A stretch of DNA of 64,000 nucleotides from Candidatus Gastranaerophilales bacterium (GTDB lineage: Bacteria; Cyanobacteriota; Vampirovibrionia; Gastranaerophilales; Gastranaerophilaceae). Shown here piece by piece: positions 1-7,463 of the stretch. Positions within the stretch are counted from its first letter, which is position 1. Each line of letters opens with the position of its first letter. Under the pieces are notes generated by a model. That model saw only the letters and a list, made by a program, of their open reading frames with translations, did no database searches and had not been told where the DNA came from. The stretch lies in NCBI GenBank assembly GCA_944325105.1, contig CALUYW010000010.1, positions 6,324 to 70,323 on the forward strand, in the 5' to 3' direction. The translations under genes were made by a program, and so were the position numbers.

Positions 1-229
1 TTTCATCAAGCTTTAAACGTCCATAGGTAGATTGAGTTATCTCGCCTGATTCTACAAGGGCTTTTGCCTCATCTAAATCTTTTTTATTAGCCTCAAAAAT
101 CTCATCTTTGTGCAGTTCAAGATTTTTTCTCATAGCTTCAAGGGCTTTGTTTTTTATTTCTTCACTCATTCCTAAAAGCTCAAGAGAGGCGTTTTTTGCT
201 GCTTTTGCAATATCTTTTATATTATCCAT
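1..229 (-). CDS. proA: gamma-glutamyl phosphate reductase, N-terminal part (runs off left edge)
   Basis: Minus-strand ORF with ATG at 229, 10 nt after the proB stop. My translation MDNIKDIAKAAKNASLELLGMSEEIKNKALEAMRKNLELHKDEIFEANKKDLDEA is typical of ProA N-termini. Confidence 0.8.
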   Translation of the reverse strand, partial: MDNIKDIAKAAKNASLELLGMSEEIKNKALEAMRKNLELHKDEIFEANKKDLDEAKALVESGEITQSTYGRLKLDE

Positions 230-238
230 AACTTACCT

Positions 239-1348
239 TTATAAAATTACAAGATTATCTTTCACAACCACGTCATCATCGCCCTTATAGCCCAAGATAT
301 TTTCTATCTCATGACTGTGTGCGCCCATGATTTTTTTACACTCATCAGAGCTATAGTTAACCATAGCGCGGGCAAATTCTTCATGGTTTTCATCAAAAAT
401 ACTTACAATCTCGCCTGCTTTAAAATCGCCCTTAACATCAACTATACCAACGGCTAATAGGCTCTTTTGCTTGTCGATTATAGCAGATTTTGCGCCCGCG
501 TTAACCGTAATTTCGCCCATGATATTTGTAGCGTAGGCAATCCAGCGTTTTTTGTGAGAAAGAATTTTATTTGGCAAAAATAACGTGCCCACGTTTTCTT
601 CTTCAAAAATTCTTTTTATAATTCGCGGTTTTTTGCCGTTTACAATCATCGCGTAAAGCCCCGAGAGGTTTACGACTTTTGCCGCGGAGAGCTTTGTAAT
701 CATACCGCCTCTGCCGCCAAGAGAGGCACCTGAGGCGAGTTTTTCAATTTTTGCGGTCACTTTTTCTACCACATCAATTTTTTTGGCGTCAGGGTATTCT
801 TTAGGGTTTTTATCAAATAAACCGTCAATGTCTGAAACCATTACAAGCAAATCTGCATCAAGCTTTGAGGCAACTATAGCAGATAATTTATCATTATCCG
901 AAAAACACACATGCACAAGTTCAGATGGCAACACTGCGTCATTTTGGTTAATTATTGGAACAATACCAAGCTCCAAAAGTTTAGAGAGAGTGTTTCTCAG
1001 GCTCAAATATTTCTTTCTGTTAGAAAAATCATCCTCTGTAACCAATATTTGAGCAACGGATATACCGTATTTTTCAAAACCGTCTTGCCATATACACATC
1101 AAAATCTGCTGCCCGACGGAAGCTGCAGCCTGTTTTAAAACATTACTTGTACTTGTATCAACTTTTAGTTTTTTGGCACCGATACCCACAGCACCCGAAG
1201 TTACAACAAGAACCTCTTTACCTTTTTTCCTTAAAGATGCAATGTCTTCTATAAAAGAATACATGTGAGTGAGGGAAATCTCACCCTCTTCGTTTCTTAA
1301 AATATTTGTTCCGAATTTAAAAACTATTCTGTTTGCGTCATTTATCAT
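239..1348 (-). CDS. proB: glutamate 5-kinase with C-terminal PUA domain
   Basis: 369 aa. The N-terminus IVFKFGTNIL, VVTSGAVGIG and the amino-acid-kinase fold motifs are present, followed by a PUA-like C-terminus. Its ATG overlaps the ald stop (ATGA). Confidence 0.93.
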   Translation of the reverse strand: MINDANRIVFKFGTNILRNEEGEISLTHMYSFIEDIASLRKKGKEVLVVTSGAVGIGAKKLKVDTSTSNVLKQAAASVGQQILMCIWQDGFEKYGISVAQILVTEDDFSNRKKYLSLRNTLSKLLELGIVPIINQNDAVLPSELVHVCFSDNDKLSAIVASKLDADLLVMVSDIDGLFDKNPKEYPDAKKIDVVEKVTAKIEKLASGASLGGRGGMITKLSAAKVVNLSGLYAMIVNGKKPRIIKRIFEEENVGTLFLPNKILSHKKRWIAYATNIMGEITVNAGAKSAIIDKQKSLLAVGIVDVKGDFKAGEIVSIFDENHEEFARAMVNYSSDECKKIMGAHSHEIENILGYKGDDDVVVKDNLVIL

Positions 1349-2481
1349 TTGATTTTAAAACCTATTAAGACTGAAATTTCAGTATGCTCATAACCTAAAG
1401 ACTGAGCAAGAGCCTCATTTGTAACTGCACCTCTAAATGTGGCCACGCCGCAGCTTAGTGAGTCATCTTCTTTAAGAGCCACAAAAGTACCTTTTTCGCC
1501 TAAATCTTGAAGATAAGGTAAAATCGCATAAGAATACGCATAAGATGCGGTTTTTGGAACATAAGATGGGATATTTGGTACAGCAGAGTGAATTACGCCG
1601 TATTTTTCAAACACGGGATTATCCAAAGTAGTCACTCTATCTATGGTTTCTACGTTTCCGCCTTGGTCTATTGCAATATCTATGATAACCGAGCCTTTTT
1701 TCATTGTCTTAACCATATCAGCACTTACAAGCTTTGGTGCACGTGCTGAGGGTATTAAAACCGCAGTAATTAATAAATCTGCCTCTTTAACATGTTCTGC
1801 TATAGTTGATGGGTTAGAGTAGTATGTTTTTATTTGACCAGGGAAAAACATATCCAAATTAGACATGCGCCTTGAATTTATATCAAGTACAGAAACATCA
1901 GCCCCCATACCCAGCGCTACTTGAGCAGCGTTTGAGCCTGCTACACCGCCGCCTAAAATAACAACTTTTGCAGGCGCAACACCGGGCACACCACCTAAAA
2001 GCAAGCCTCTGCCGCCGTTTTGCTTTTCTAAAAATCTTGCACCAAGCTGAACACTCATTCTGCCCGCTACTTCGCTCATTGGTCTTAAAAGAGGCAGCTC
2101 GCCCCACTGAGTTTGGACTGATTCTGTAGCAATAGCACAGACTTTCTTTTTCAAAAGCTCTTTTGTAAGTTCTTCTTCAATTGCCAAGTGAAGATAAGAA
2201 AATATAACCAAATCTTCTCTAAAGTATTGATATTCAGACTTTTGAGGTTCTTTAACTTTTACTATTATATTTGATTTTTCCCATAATTCCCTTGGGTCAG
2301 AGATAATCTGAGCGCCTGCTTTTTCAAATTGAACATCGTCAAAACCGCTCAAATCTCCCGCACCCGATTCTATTGCAACAGATAAGCCCTTTTGAGTAAG
2401 CATACCAACTGAATCAGGAGTAAGCGCAACTCGGGTTTCGCCCTCTTTTAGCTCTTTTGGGATACCAAAATTTATCTTCAT
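1345..2481 (-). CDS. ald: alanine dehydrogenase
   Basis: 378 aa. It has the N-terminus GIPKELKEGETRVALTP and the NAD-binding motif VVILGGGVAGSNAA. It abuts the pyrF stop. Confidence 0.93.
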   Translation of the reverse strand: MKINFGIPKELKEGETRVALTPDSVGMLTQKGLSVAIESGAGDLSGFDDVQFEKAGAQIISDPRELWEKSNIIVKVKEPQKSEYQYFREDLVIFSYLHLAIEEELTKELLKKKVCAIATESVQTQWGELPLLRPMSEVAGRMSVQLGARFLEKQNGGRGLLLGGVPGVAPAKVVILGGGVAGSNAAQVALGMGADVSVLDINSRRMSNLDMFFPGQIKTYYSNPSTIAEHVKEADLLITAVLIPSARAPKLVSADMVKTMKKGSVIIDIAIDQGGNVETIDRVTTLDNPVFEKYGVIHSAVPNIPSYVPKTASYAYSYAILPYLQDLGEKGTFVALKEDDSLSCGVATFRGAVTNEALAQSLGYEHTEISVLIGFKIK

Positions 2482-3243
2482 TTAAAGTCTTTCCTTAATA
2501 ATTTCTTTTGCTTCTTCAATTTCATCAATTATAAGTGTTATTGCTTCAATTCTGTCTTTTGCAAAAATTACGGGTCTGCCTACAACCATGTAATCAACTC
2601 CTGCCTGAATAGCGTCAGTCGGCGTTACAACTCTTACCTGATCATCCACAACAGACCATGTGGGGCGAATTGCAGGACAAACTATAATAAAGTCATCACC
2701 GCAAACGCGCCTTATAGCACCAACTTCAGACGCTGAAGCCACAACACCGTCGAGCTTAGCTTCCAGTGCAACCTTTGCAAGACGAGAAACATACTCGTCA
2801 ATATTCATATTTACATTCAATTCTTGATTAAGAGTTTTTTGACCAAAACTTGATAACAGTGTCACACCAAGGATTGTAGGCTGAGGTTTGTTATATTTTT
2901 TAGCAACTTCTCTGCATAGTCTGCAAGCAGAAGAGAGCATTTTTGAGCCGCCTTTAATATGCAGGTCAAAAAAGTCTACATCATTTTTTACAAGATTTGC
3001 ACTTGCATGTGCAACAGTGTTTGGAATATCGTGAAATTTAGCGTCAAAAAAGACTTTTGCTCCCATTTCATGAATCATTCTAACGGCGTCATAACCACAT
3101 GCAGTGTATAGTTGCAGACCGACTTTAAAATAGCCTACATAGTCTTTTAGCTGTACTACAAGCTCACGAGCCTCCTCAAGCGTATCCACATCAAGCGCCA
3201 AAATAATTCTCTCAGATGCACTTTGGGGTTTTTTTATAACCAT
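2482..3243 (-). CDS. pyrF: orotidine 5'-phosphate decarboxylase
   Basis: 253 aa. Motifs ILALDV, YFKVGLQLY and FFDAKFHDIPNTV are characteristic of OMP decarboxylase. Confidence 0.9.
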   Translation of the reverse strand: MVIKKPQSASERIILALDVDTLEEARELVVQLKDYVGYFKVGLQLYTACGYDAVRMIHEMGAKVFFDAKFHDIPNTVAHASANLVKNDVDFFDLHIKGGSKMLSSACRLCREVAKKYNKPQPTILGVTLLSSFGQKTLNQELNVNMNIDEYVSRLAKVALEAKLDGVVASASEVGAIRRVCGDDFIIVCPAIRPTWSVVDDQVRVVTPTDAIQAGVDYMVVGRPVIFAKDRIEAITLIIDEIEEAKEIIKERL

Positions 3244-3276
3244 TTGCTAACCTTAAAAAACTGCTATAGTACAAAA

Positions 3277-3305
3277 ATTTTAACACTTTGAGGGCATAAT
3301 TGCAA
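3277..3305 (-). promoter_or_regulatory. sigma-70-type promoter for the pyrF-ald-proBA operon
   Basis: On the minus strand: TTGCAA (3305-3300), 17-nt spacer, TAAAAT (3282-3277). It lies about 35 nt upstream of the pyrF ATG, with AAGG as a possible SD. Confidence 0.45.
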
Positions 3306-3446
3306 CCGCGCATAAATATTGAGAAATGTAAATAAATAGGGGTTTAGCGAATATCGTATTTAAAATATTTTTTTATTTATATGTAAAAAGAAAATTTAGA
3401 GGCAATTTATTGCCACTGAACATATGCGGGGGATAAAGAACAATCT

Positions 3447-3479
3447 AAAACCTCACAGAGCTTAGCTTTGTGGGGTTTT
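3447..3479. terminator. orphan stem-loop between the divergent pyrF and 3540 promoters
   Basis: AAAACCTCACA (3447-3457) pairs with TGTGGGGTTTT (3469-3479) with one G-U pair and an 11-nt loop. T-rich sequence follows on both strands. No gene ends here. Confidence 0.3.
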
Positions 3480-3482
3480 GAG

Positions 3483-3511
3483 TTTACAAAGGCTTAAATA
3501 GATGTTATCAT
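3483..3511 (+). promoter_or_regulatory. sigma-70-type promoter
   Basis: TTTACA (3483-3488), 17-nt spacer, TATCAT (3506-3511). It sits about 28 nt upstream of the ATG at 3540, which has an AAAGGAG SD. Confidence 0.45.
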
Positions 3512-3539
3512 ATTGGGGTAGTTAAAAGGAGTGTTGTTT

Positions 3540-3959
3540 ATGAAAAAATATTTAGGCTTAGCTTTAGCACTTTGCTTGAGTGTGAGTTCGGTATTTGCCG
3601 CAAGCGAATTTGGAAATGCATTCAAAAATGCCGTAAAAAGTGACCTAAACGCTGTTAAAGAAGCTGCAAAACAAGATGCAGCAGCTAAAAAACAAGCTGC
3701 AACTGCACAAAAACAGGCACAAAACAAAGCTAAAAAGAATGAAATCGAAAAGAAAAGAGCTGAGCAGCTAAAACCAATTGAGGCTGAAATTAAAGAAAAA
3801 CAACAGCTTATCAAACAAACAAACAACGATAAGACTCTACTTCAAACACAAAAAACAATAAGAATCAGAACTTATGAAAGACAACTTGAATCTTTAAATA
3901 CCAGAAAAGCTAATATTAATAAGATTTACGACGCGCAGCTTAAAGCCATCGGATACTAA
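3540..3959 (+). CDS. small secreted Lys/Ala/Gln-rich coiled-coil protein, unknown function
   Basis: ATG at 3540 lies 8 nt after AAAGGAG; the ORF-track start at 3531 is GTG. The signal peptide is MKKYLGLALALCLSVSSVFA. The rest is a charged helical repeat-like sequence. Confidence 0.6.
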   Translation: MKKYLGLALALCLSVSSVFAASEFGNAFKNAVKSDLNAVKEAAKQDAAAKKQAATAQKQAQNKAKKNEIEKKRAEQLKPIEAEIKEKQQLIKQTNNDKTLLQTQKTIRIRTYERQLESLNTRKANINKIYDAQLKAIGY

Positions 3960-3984
3960 AATATTAACTTTGGTAAACAATTTC

Positions 3985-4022
3985 ATATATCCCTGTGATT
4001 ATTTTTAATTACAGGGATATAT
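3985..4022 (+). terminator. long stem-loop after the 3540 gene
   Basis: ATATATCCCTGT (3985-3996) pairs perfectly with ACAGGGATATAT (4011-4022), 12 bp with a 14-nt AT loop. There is no clean T-run, only AT-rich sequence. Confidence 0.45.
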
Positions 4023-4060
4023 ATTAATAAGAAGGTAGTGAAAAGAAAGATAATTTTGTT

Positions 4061-4348
4061 ATGAAAAAAATTTCAAGTGTAGCTCTTGTTTTATTTTGTG
4101 TATTTTTTGGTGCAGCATCTGCTATGGCACAGGAAAAACTGGTTCTTTCTACGCCATTAGATGAAATGCCCTCCCAAATTCAAGATAGCGACACTTTTGT
4201 AAAACAGCTTTATGTACAAGAAAAAAGAAGCTTTGACCAAAAAATTTCTCAAGCCAAAAAACAAAACCAAAAAGTACCGCTCTACAGATACAAAAAACTC
4301 GCCCCGAGCGCTAATGAACAAAAAAGCGGCATAGAAATTATACAATAA
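4061..4348 (+). CDS. small secreted protein, unknown function
   Basis: 95 aa. The signal peptide is MKKISSVALVLFCVFFGAASAMA, followed by a Lys/Gln-rich mature part. Confidence 0.5.
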   Translation: MKKISSVALVLFCVFFGAASAMAQEKLVLSTPLDEMPSQIQDSDTFVKQLYVQEKRSFDQKISQAKKQNQKVPLYRYKKLAPSANEQKSGIEIIQ

Positions 4349-5179
4349 TTACATCCAAGGATTCATATTTTGATATCTCAGATAGTAATCATTATTTAAG
4401 TCAGAAAATTTTTCCCAGAATGTTTTCTTTTTTGTGGCATTTCCCGACGTTGATAAAAATCCACGGTTTGTAAGCGAATAATCAATAAATTTGGAATCCC
4501 CCTCAATGTAGCTTGGCAGCGGCGCTAAAGGAGAGCTTTTTCTTATCGTTTCAACGGCTAAATTGTCAAATGCCCTGTCATCAGAAGATTTTATGATAAT
4601 AATATCGTCAATCTCACCTGTTCTTTTTATATAAAATCTTAATATTGTTATTTTTAAGGTATTATTATTCAGGTTTTTAGGATTCCAGTTTGACTGAATA
4701 GCATTTTCTATTCCCCTTAAATATCCGTTCCACTCAAGCATTGAATATGAACACTTTATATTATTAAACATCTCAAAAATCATCGCAAAATTTTCATTTA
4801 AGTATTTTGGCGCAGGGTATAAGAAAAGATTAAAACTCTCCGACATAAATTCATCAGGCTCAATTGCGCCCATAGCATTAAGCGATTTTAGTGAATCCAG
4901 AACAATGTTTTCTATGGTTTTGTTCTCAGCACTTTTAACTAATTTTATATTTATTAATTGTCCTTGAGGAGAAATATCACCCGTAAGCGCCATACCGTTT
5001 TGAATTTTTAGGGATTTATTATTTAAAGCGCTTTTAATTGCAGATTCAAACTTGAGTCTGTAATTTTTCTTCATTTGGTACATTTGCTCATAACTATAGC
5101 CGCTATCAGCCTGTGCTTTTAAATTATAAACAGGTATAAATAATGCAAAAATAAATGCTAACAGTATAATCTTTTTCAT
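4349..5179 (-). CDS. secreted protein with TonB C-terminal-like domain(s)
   Basis: 276 aa with the signal peptide MKKIILLAFIFALFIPVYNLKA. The C-terminus KITILRFYIKRTGEIDDIIIIKSSDDRAFDNLAVETIRKSSPLAPLP matches the TonB_C pattern. A second weaker copy occurs around LINIKLVKSAENKTIENIVLDSLKSL. Confidence 0.6.
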   Translation of the reverse strand: MKKIILLAFIFALFIPVYNLKAQADSGYSYEQMYQMKKNYRLKFESAIKSALNNKSLKIQNGMALTGDISPQGQLINIKLVKSAENKTIENIVLDSLKSLNAMGAIEPDEFMSESFNLFLYPAPKYLNENFAMIFEMFNNIKCSYSMLEWNGYLRGIENAIQSNWNPKNLNNNTLKITILRFYIKRTGEIDDIIIIKSSDDRAFDNLAVETIRKSSPLAPLPSYIEGDSKFIDYSLTNRGFLSTSGNATKKKTFWEKFSDLNNDYYLRYQNMNPWM

Positions 5180-5231
5180 AATAAAAGATTATACCAATAT
5201 TTCGTATAAAAAAGCTCACTCATAAAGAGTA

Positions 5232-5648
5232 TTACTGCACCTTTGGCGTGATTATTGCGTATCTTCTGCAAGGAAATGACATAATGTGCTCAGTGTACTG
5301 CGCATTTAATTCTTCAGGAATAGGCTCAAAAGGAGCAGCGTCAGCTATAGCATCAAGTGCAGCCTGATTATTTTGCTCATATTTTGAAGATTGTAAAACT
5401 TTAATATCCTCTACAGAACCGTCAGGCAGAGTTTTAAAAGAAATTTTAATTTCTGTATCATCGTGTTTAATTTTTGAATTTTTCCAGTTAGTTTGAACTT
5501 TTTCACTGCATTTAAGCTTGTATTGATTAAGAGCATCTTGATTTTCAACAGAAACAACAGCGCTATCTTTTGGAGGATTAACTTCAAGAGAAAAAACAGG
5601 CACAATTGCAAACATAATAATAACGACAAGCAGAGTTAATTTTTTCAT
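5232..5648 (-). CDS. secreted protein with TonB C-terminal-like domain
   Basis: 138 aa with a signal peptide. EIKISFKTLPDGSVEDIKVLQSSKYEQNNQAALDAIADAAPFEPIP fits the TonB_C pattern. A strong AGGAGG SD precedes the ATG. Confidence 0.6.
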   Translation of the reverse strand: MKKLTLLVVIIMFAIVPVFSLEVNPPKDSAVVSVENQDALNQYKLKCSEKVQTNWKNSKIKHDDTEIKISFKTLPDGSVEDIKVLQSSKYEQNNQAALDAIADAAPFEPIPEELNAQYTEHIMSFPCRRYAIITPKVQ

Positions 5649-5665
5649 ACAATCCTCCTAAATAC

Positions 5666-5690
5666 TATAAAAAGCGGTCACAGCCGCTTT
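5666..5690 (-). terminator. stem-loop plus T-run directly after tRNA-Glu
   Basis: The minus strand reads AAAGCGG-CTGTGA-CCGCTTT followed by TTATAG. It sits between the tRNA 3' end (5697) and the SD of the next gene (ATG 5648), so it is probably only a partial terminator or a processing structure. Confidence 0.45.
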
Positions 5691-5696
5691 ATTAAA

Positions 5697-5772
5697 TGGT
5701 ACCCCCAAGGGAATTCGAATCCCTGTCTACACCGTGAAAGGGTGTTGTCCTAGGCCTCTAGACGATGGGGGC
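5697..5772 (-). tRNA. tRNA-Glu (anticodon UUC), CCA encoded
   Basis: The reverse complement GCCCCCATCGTCTAGAGGCCTAGGACAACACCCTTTCACGGTGTAGACAGGGATTCGAATTCCCTTGGGGGTACCA folds as a cloverleaf. It has a 7-bp acceptor stem, anticodon loop CTTTCAC and T-loop TTCGAAT. Confidence 0.9.
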
Positions 5773-5779
5773 ATAGAAC

Positions 5780-6394
5780 TTATTTTCTGTCATTATAAAC
5801 AAATAAACCGATAATGTCATTTAATCTGTTTAATTGTTTTTGGTAATTTGCACTCTGCTTTTCAAGATTGCGAATGTTTGTTTTATATTCTTGAATTGTA
5901 TAGTTGCAATCTTTAATTGAGCTGTTTAAACAATCTCTTACTCTTTGAGCATCCTGAAGAACGCTTTTCATAGGAATGCCAAGAGCCTCAATTGTTTGAC
6001 GGATAATCAACGCACCTGTTTGTCTCGGTACACCTGTCGGAAGCTGGTTTATTAATCTCTTTAAAACATTAATATTGTTTGGCATTTCAAACTCTTCCGC
6101 AGCGTCATCTTCTTCGGAATTAATTGAAATTTTTAAGTCAGGAGCTTGTTCAATCTCATCAACATCCACTGAAAAAACCGGATTGTAATCATTGTCATCG
6201 TTTGATTTATCATTTTCGTCCAAATCAAAAGAAGAATTGTCGAGTGATTCGTTAGTTTCTTGATAATCAATTGTATCAGATACACTATCTGTATCAATCT
6301 GCAAAGTATCAAGATTTTCTTCTGACATATCTTGCTGCTTCAATGCATCGGCAATTTTCTTTCCCATATTTTTAGGTAGATTATTGTTTTGCAA
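5780..6394 (-). CDS. hypothetical protein with an acidic disordered N-half and a coiled-coil C-terminus
   Basis: 204 aa. The TTG start lies 6 nt after AAGGAGAG; an alternative ATG is at residue 10. The N-half is very D/E/N/S-rich. The conserved-looking C-terminus is PRQTGALIIRQTIEALGIP followed by a heptad-like tail. I recognise no family. Confidence 0.55.
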   Translation of the reverse strand: MQNNNLPKNMGKKIADALKQQDMSEENLDTLQIDTDSVSDTIDYQETNESLDNSSFDLDENDKSNDDNDYNPVFSVDVDEIEQAPDLKISINSEEDDAAEEFEMPNNINVLKRLINQLPTGVPRQTGALIIRQTIEALGIPMKSVLQDAQRVRDCLNSSIKDCNYTIQEYKTNIRNLEKQSANYQKQLNRLNDIIGLFVYNDRK

Positions 6395-6501
6395 CTGAAA
6401 CTCTCCTTTTCCTTAATCAGTAATTTTATTCTAAAGAAAAAATAAAATTATTTCAACTAATTTATATATTCTCAAATAAATATTTCTTGTCAAGCAAAAT
6501 T

Positions 6502-6633
6502 GCGCAAGCAGTGTGTGAAATCTTGAGCTTTCGTTGAGAAAGCGAAAGATGAAACCGTATAATAGCGACGTAGGATAATCGAGCGCAAAGGCGCGAGATA
6601 CCCACAGGAGCAGCGCGAGCCATGTGTGAAATC
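6502..6633. repeat. pair of 21-nt direct repeats bracketing a GC-rich structured segment
   Basis: GCGCAAGCAGTGTGTGAAATC (6502-6522) and GCGCGAGCCATGTGTGAAATC (6613-6633) match at 18 of 21 positions. Between them lies the hairpin GCTTTC-GTTGA-GAAAGC (6527-6543). Confidence 0.6.
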
Positions 6634-6730
6634 CTTTAATATATAAAATAAAAACCCCACATAAATTGCAGGGTCGTGTGTTGTTGTGCTTCGGGATTGT
6701 GTTGTTAGGTGTTGATAATGCTTATCCTCA

Positions 6731-6988
6731 TTATGCAATGAGATTTAATTTTGTTTTTTCAAGGCCTTTATCAATGCTTTCGCTTCTTTGTTTTACAGTA
6801 GAATTGAAATCAAATAGCGGAGAATTTTTTAATGTTCCGACAAAACCTGTGAACAAACCGCCTAGACCGCCTTGAACCATATCATTGCTTTGAGCGGGAG
6901 CTTTAACAAGCTCGTTGCTTCTGTAACCAAAGCTTATGTTTCTATTTAGTGTATTATTTACATTATTTATTGCATTTATAGCTAACAT
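6731..6988 (-). CDS. small Asn/Gly-rich hypothetical protein
   Basis: 85 aa. It has a purine-rich SD region (AAGAGGTTAAAGAAAAGAGAA-ATG) and a near-consensus promoter upstream (next feature). Confidence 0.5.
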   Translation of the reverse strand: MLAINAINNVNNTLNRNISFGYRSNELVKAPAQSNDMVQGGLGGLFTGFVGTLKNSPLFDFNSTVKQRSESIDKGLEKTKLNLIA

Positions 6989-7056
6989 TTCTCTTTTCTT
7001 TAACCTCTTATTTTTTTGTTTTTAGTGTTTGTCTAACACTTTATCTTTATACTCAC

Positions 7057-7085
7057 ATTATGTACCTAAAAAATTCATTTGTCAA
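7057..7085 (-). promoter_or_regulatory. near-consensus sigma-70 promoter for the 6731..6988 gene
   Basis: On the minus strand: TTGACA (7085-7080), 17-nt spacer, CATAAT (7062-7057). Confidence 0.5.
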
Positions 7086-7312
7086 CCCCTGTGTTAAAAT
7101 TTTTTATTTTTAAGTATAGCAAGGGTTTTAGGCATGTTTTTAAGAGCTTTATAAAATATTAATCTGCAAAATTGTCTAATGTACACTTATTTTTTTATAT
7201 GGCATGCCTCAAAAAAATACTACCCGCATGTACTATTGCGAAGTTGACATAAGTATTGTTATATATAATTAATCTTTTTCATACTTCCAGCTATTCTTAA
7301 TTCCAGACAGTT

Positions 7313-7336
7313 TGGGGCTTATGCCCCATTTTTTTT
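7313..7336 (+). terminator. strong intrinsic terminator with no annotated gene upstream
   Basis: TGGGGC-TTAT-GCCCCA (7313-7328) is followed by 8 T (7329-7336). The T-run exists only on the plus strand. Confidence 0.6.
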
Positions 7337-7426
7337 ATTATAAAAATACAAAAAAATCACATCTTGAAAATTTCAATATATATTTAAGATAAAAAGATAA
7401 AATGTAATTTTTACAATTGTTCTGTT

Positions 7427-7456
7427 TTGTGAAGAGCTTGTACAATGTGCTATAAT
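7427..7456 (+). promoter_or_regulatory. promoter for fliI (extended -10)
   Basis: TTGTGA (7427-7432), 18-nt spacer ending in TGc, TATAAT (7451-7456). The fliI ATG begins at 7464, only 7 nt after the -10. Confidence 0.45.
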
Positions 7457-7463
7457 TTATTTA

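Noticed and set aside
3447-3479. The stem-loop upstream of pyrF as a second pyrimidine attenuator.
   Set aside because: A good pyrF promoter (TTGCAA-N17-TAAAAT, 3305-3277) lies between the hairpin and the gene, so the hairpin is outside the pyrF transcript. I keep it only as an orphan structure.
3494-3826. Antisense ORF (110 aa) opposite the secreted Lys/Ala-rich protein. The same applies to many other listed antisense ORFs, for example 783..1052, 1898..2107, 21362..21826, 35549..35761, 36524..36778, 41497..42426, 54618..56348 and 58058..58599.
   Set aside because: Each lies fully inside a longer ORF on the other strand that has clear family motifs or a signal peptide. Their sequences are low-complexity mirror images (Phe/Ser/Leu/Cys-rich), typical of shadow ORFs in AT-rich DNA.
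6502-6633. Possible mini-CRISPR array, suggested by two similar 21-nt repeats.
   Set aside because: There are only two copies, imperfect at 18 of 21 positions, and the 111-nt spacing is far from CRISPR geometry. No cas genes are in the window.
6490-6738. An 82-aa minus-strand ORF covering the GC-rich island.
   Set aside because: Its composition (His/Thr/Arg/Cys/Tyr-rich) is unlike the other proteins here, and it has no SD. It spans the direct repeats and hairpins, so I treat the region as non-coding.
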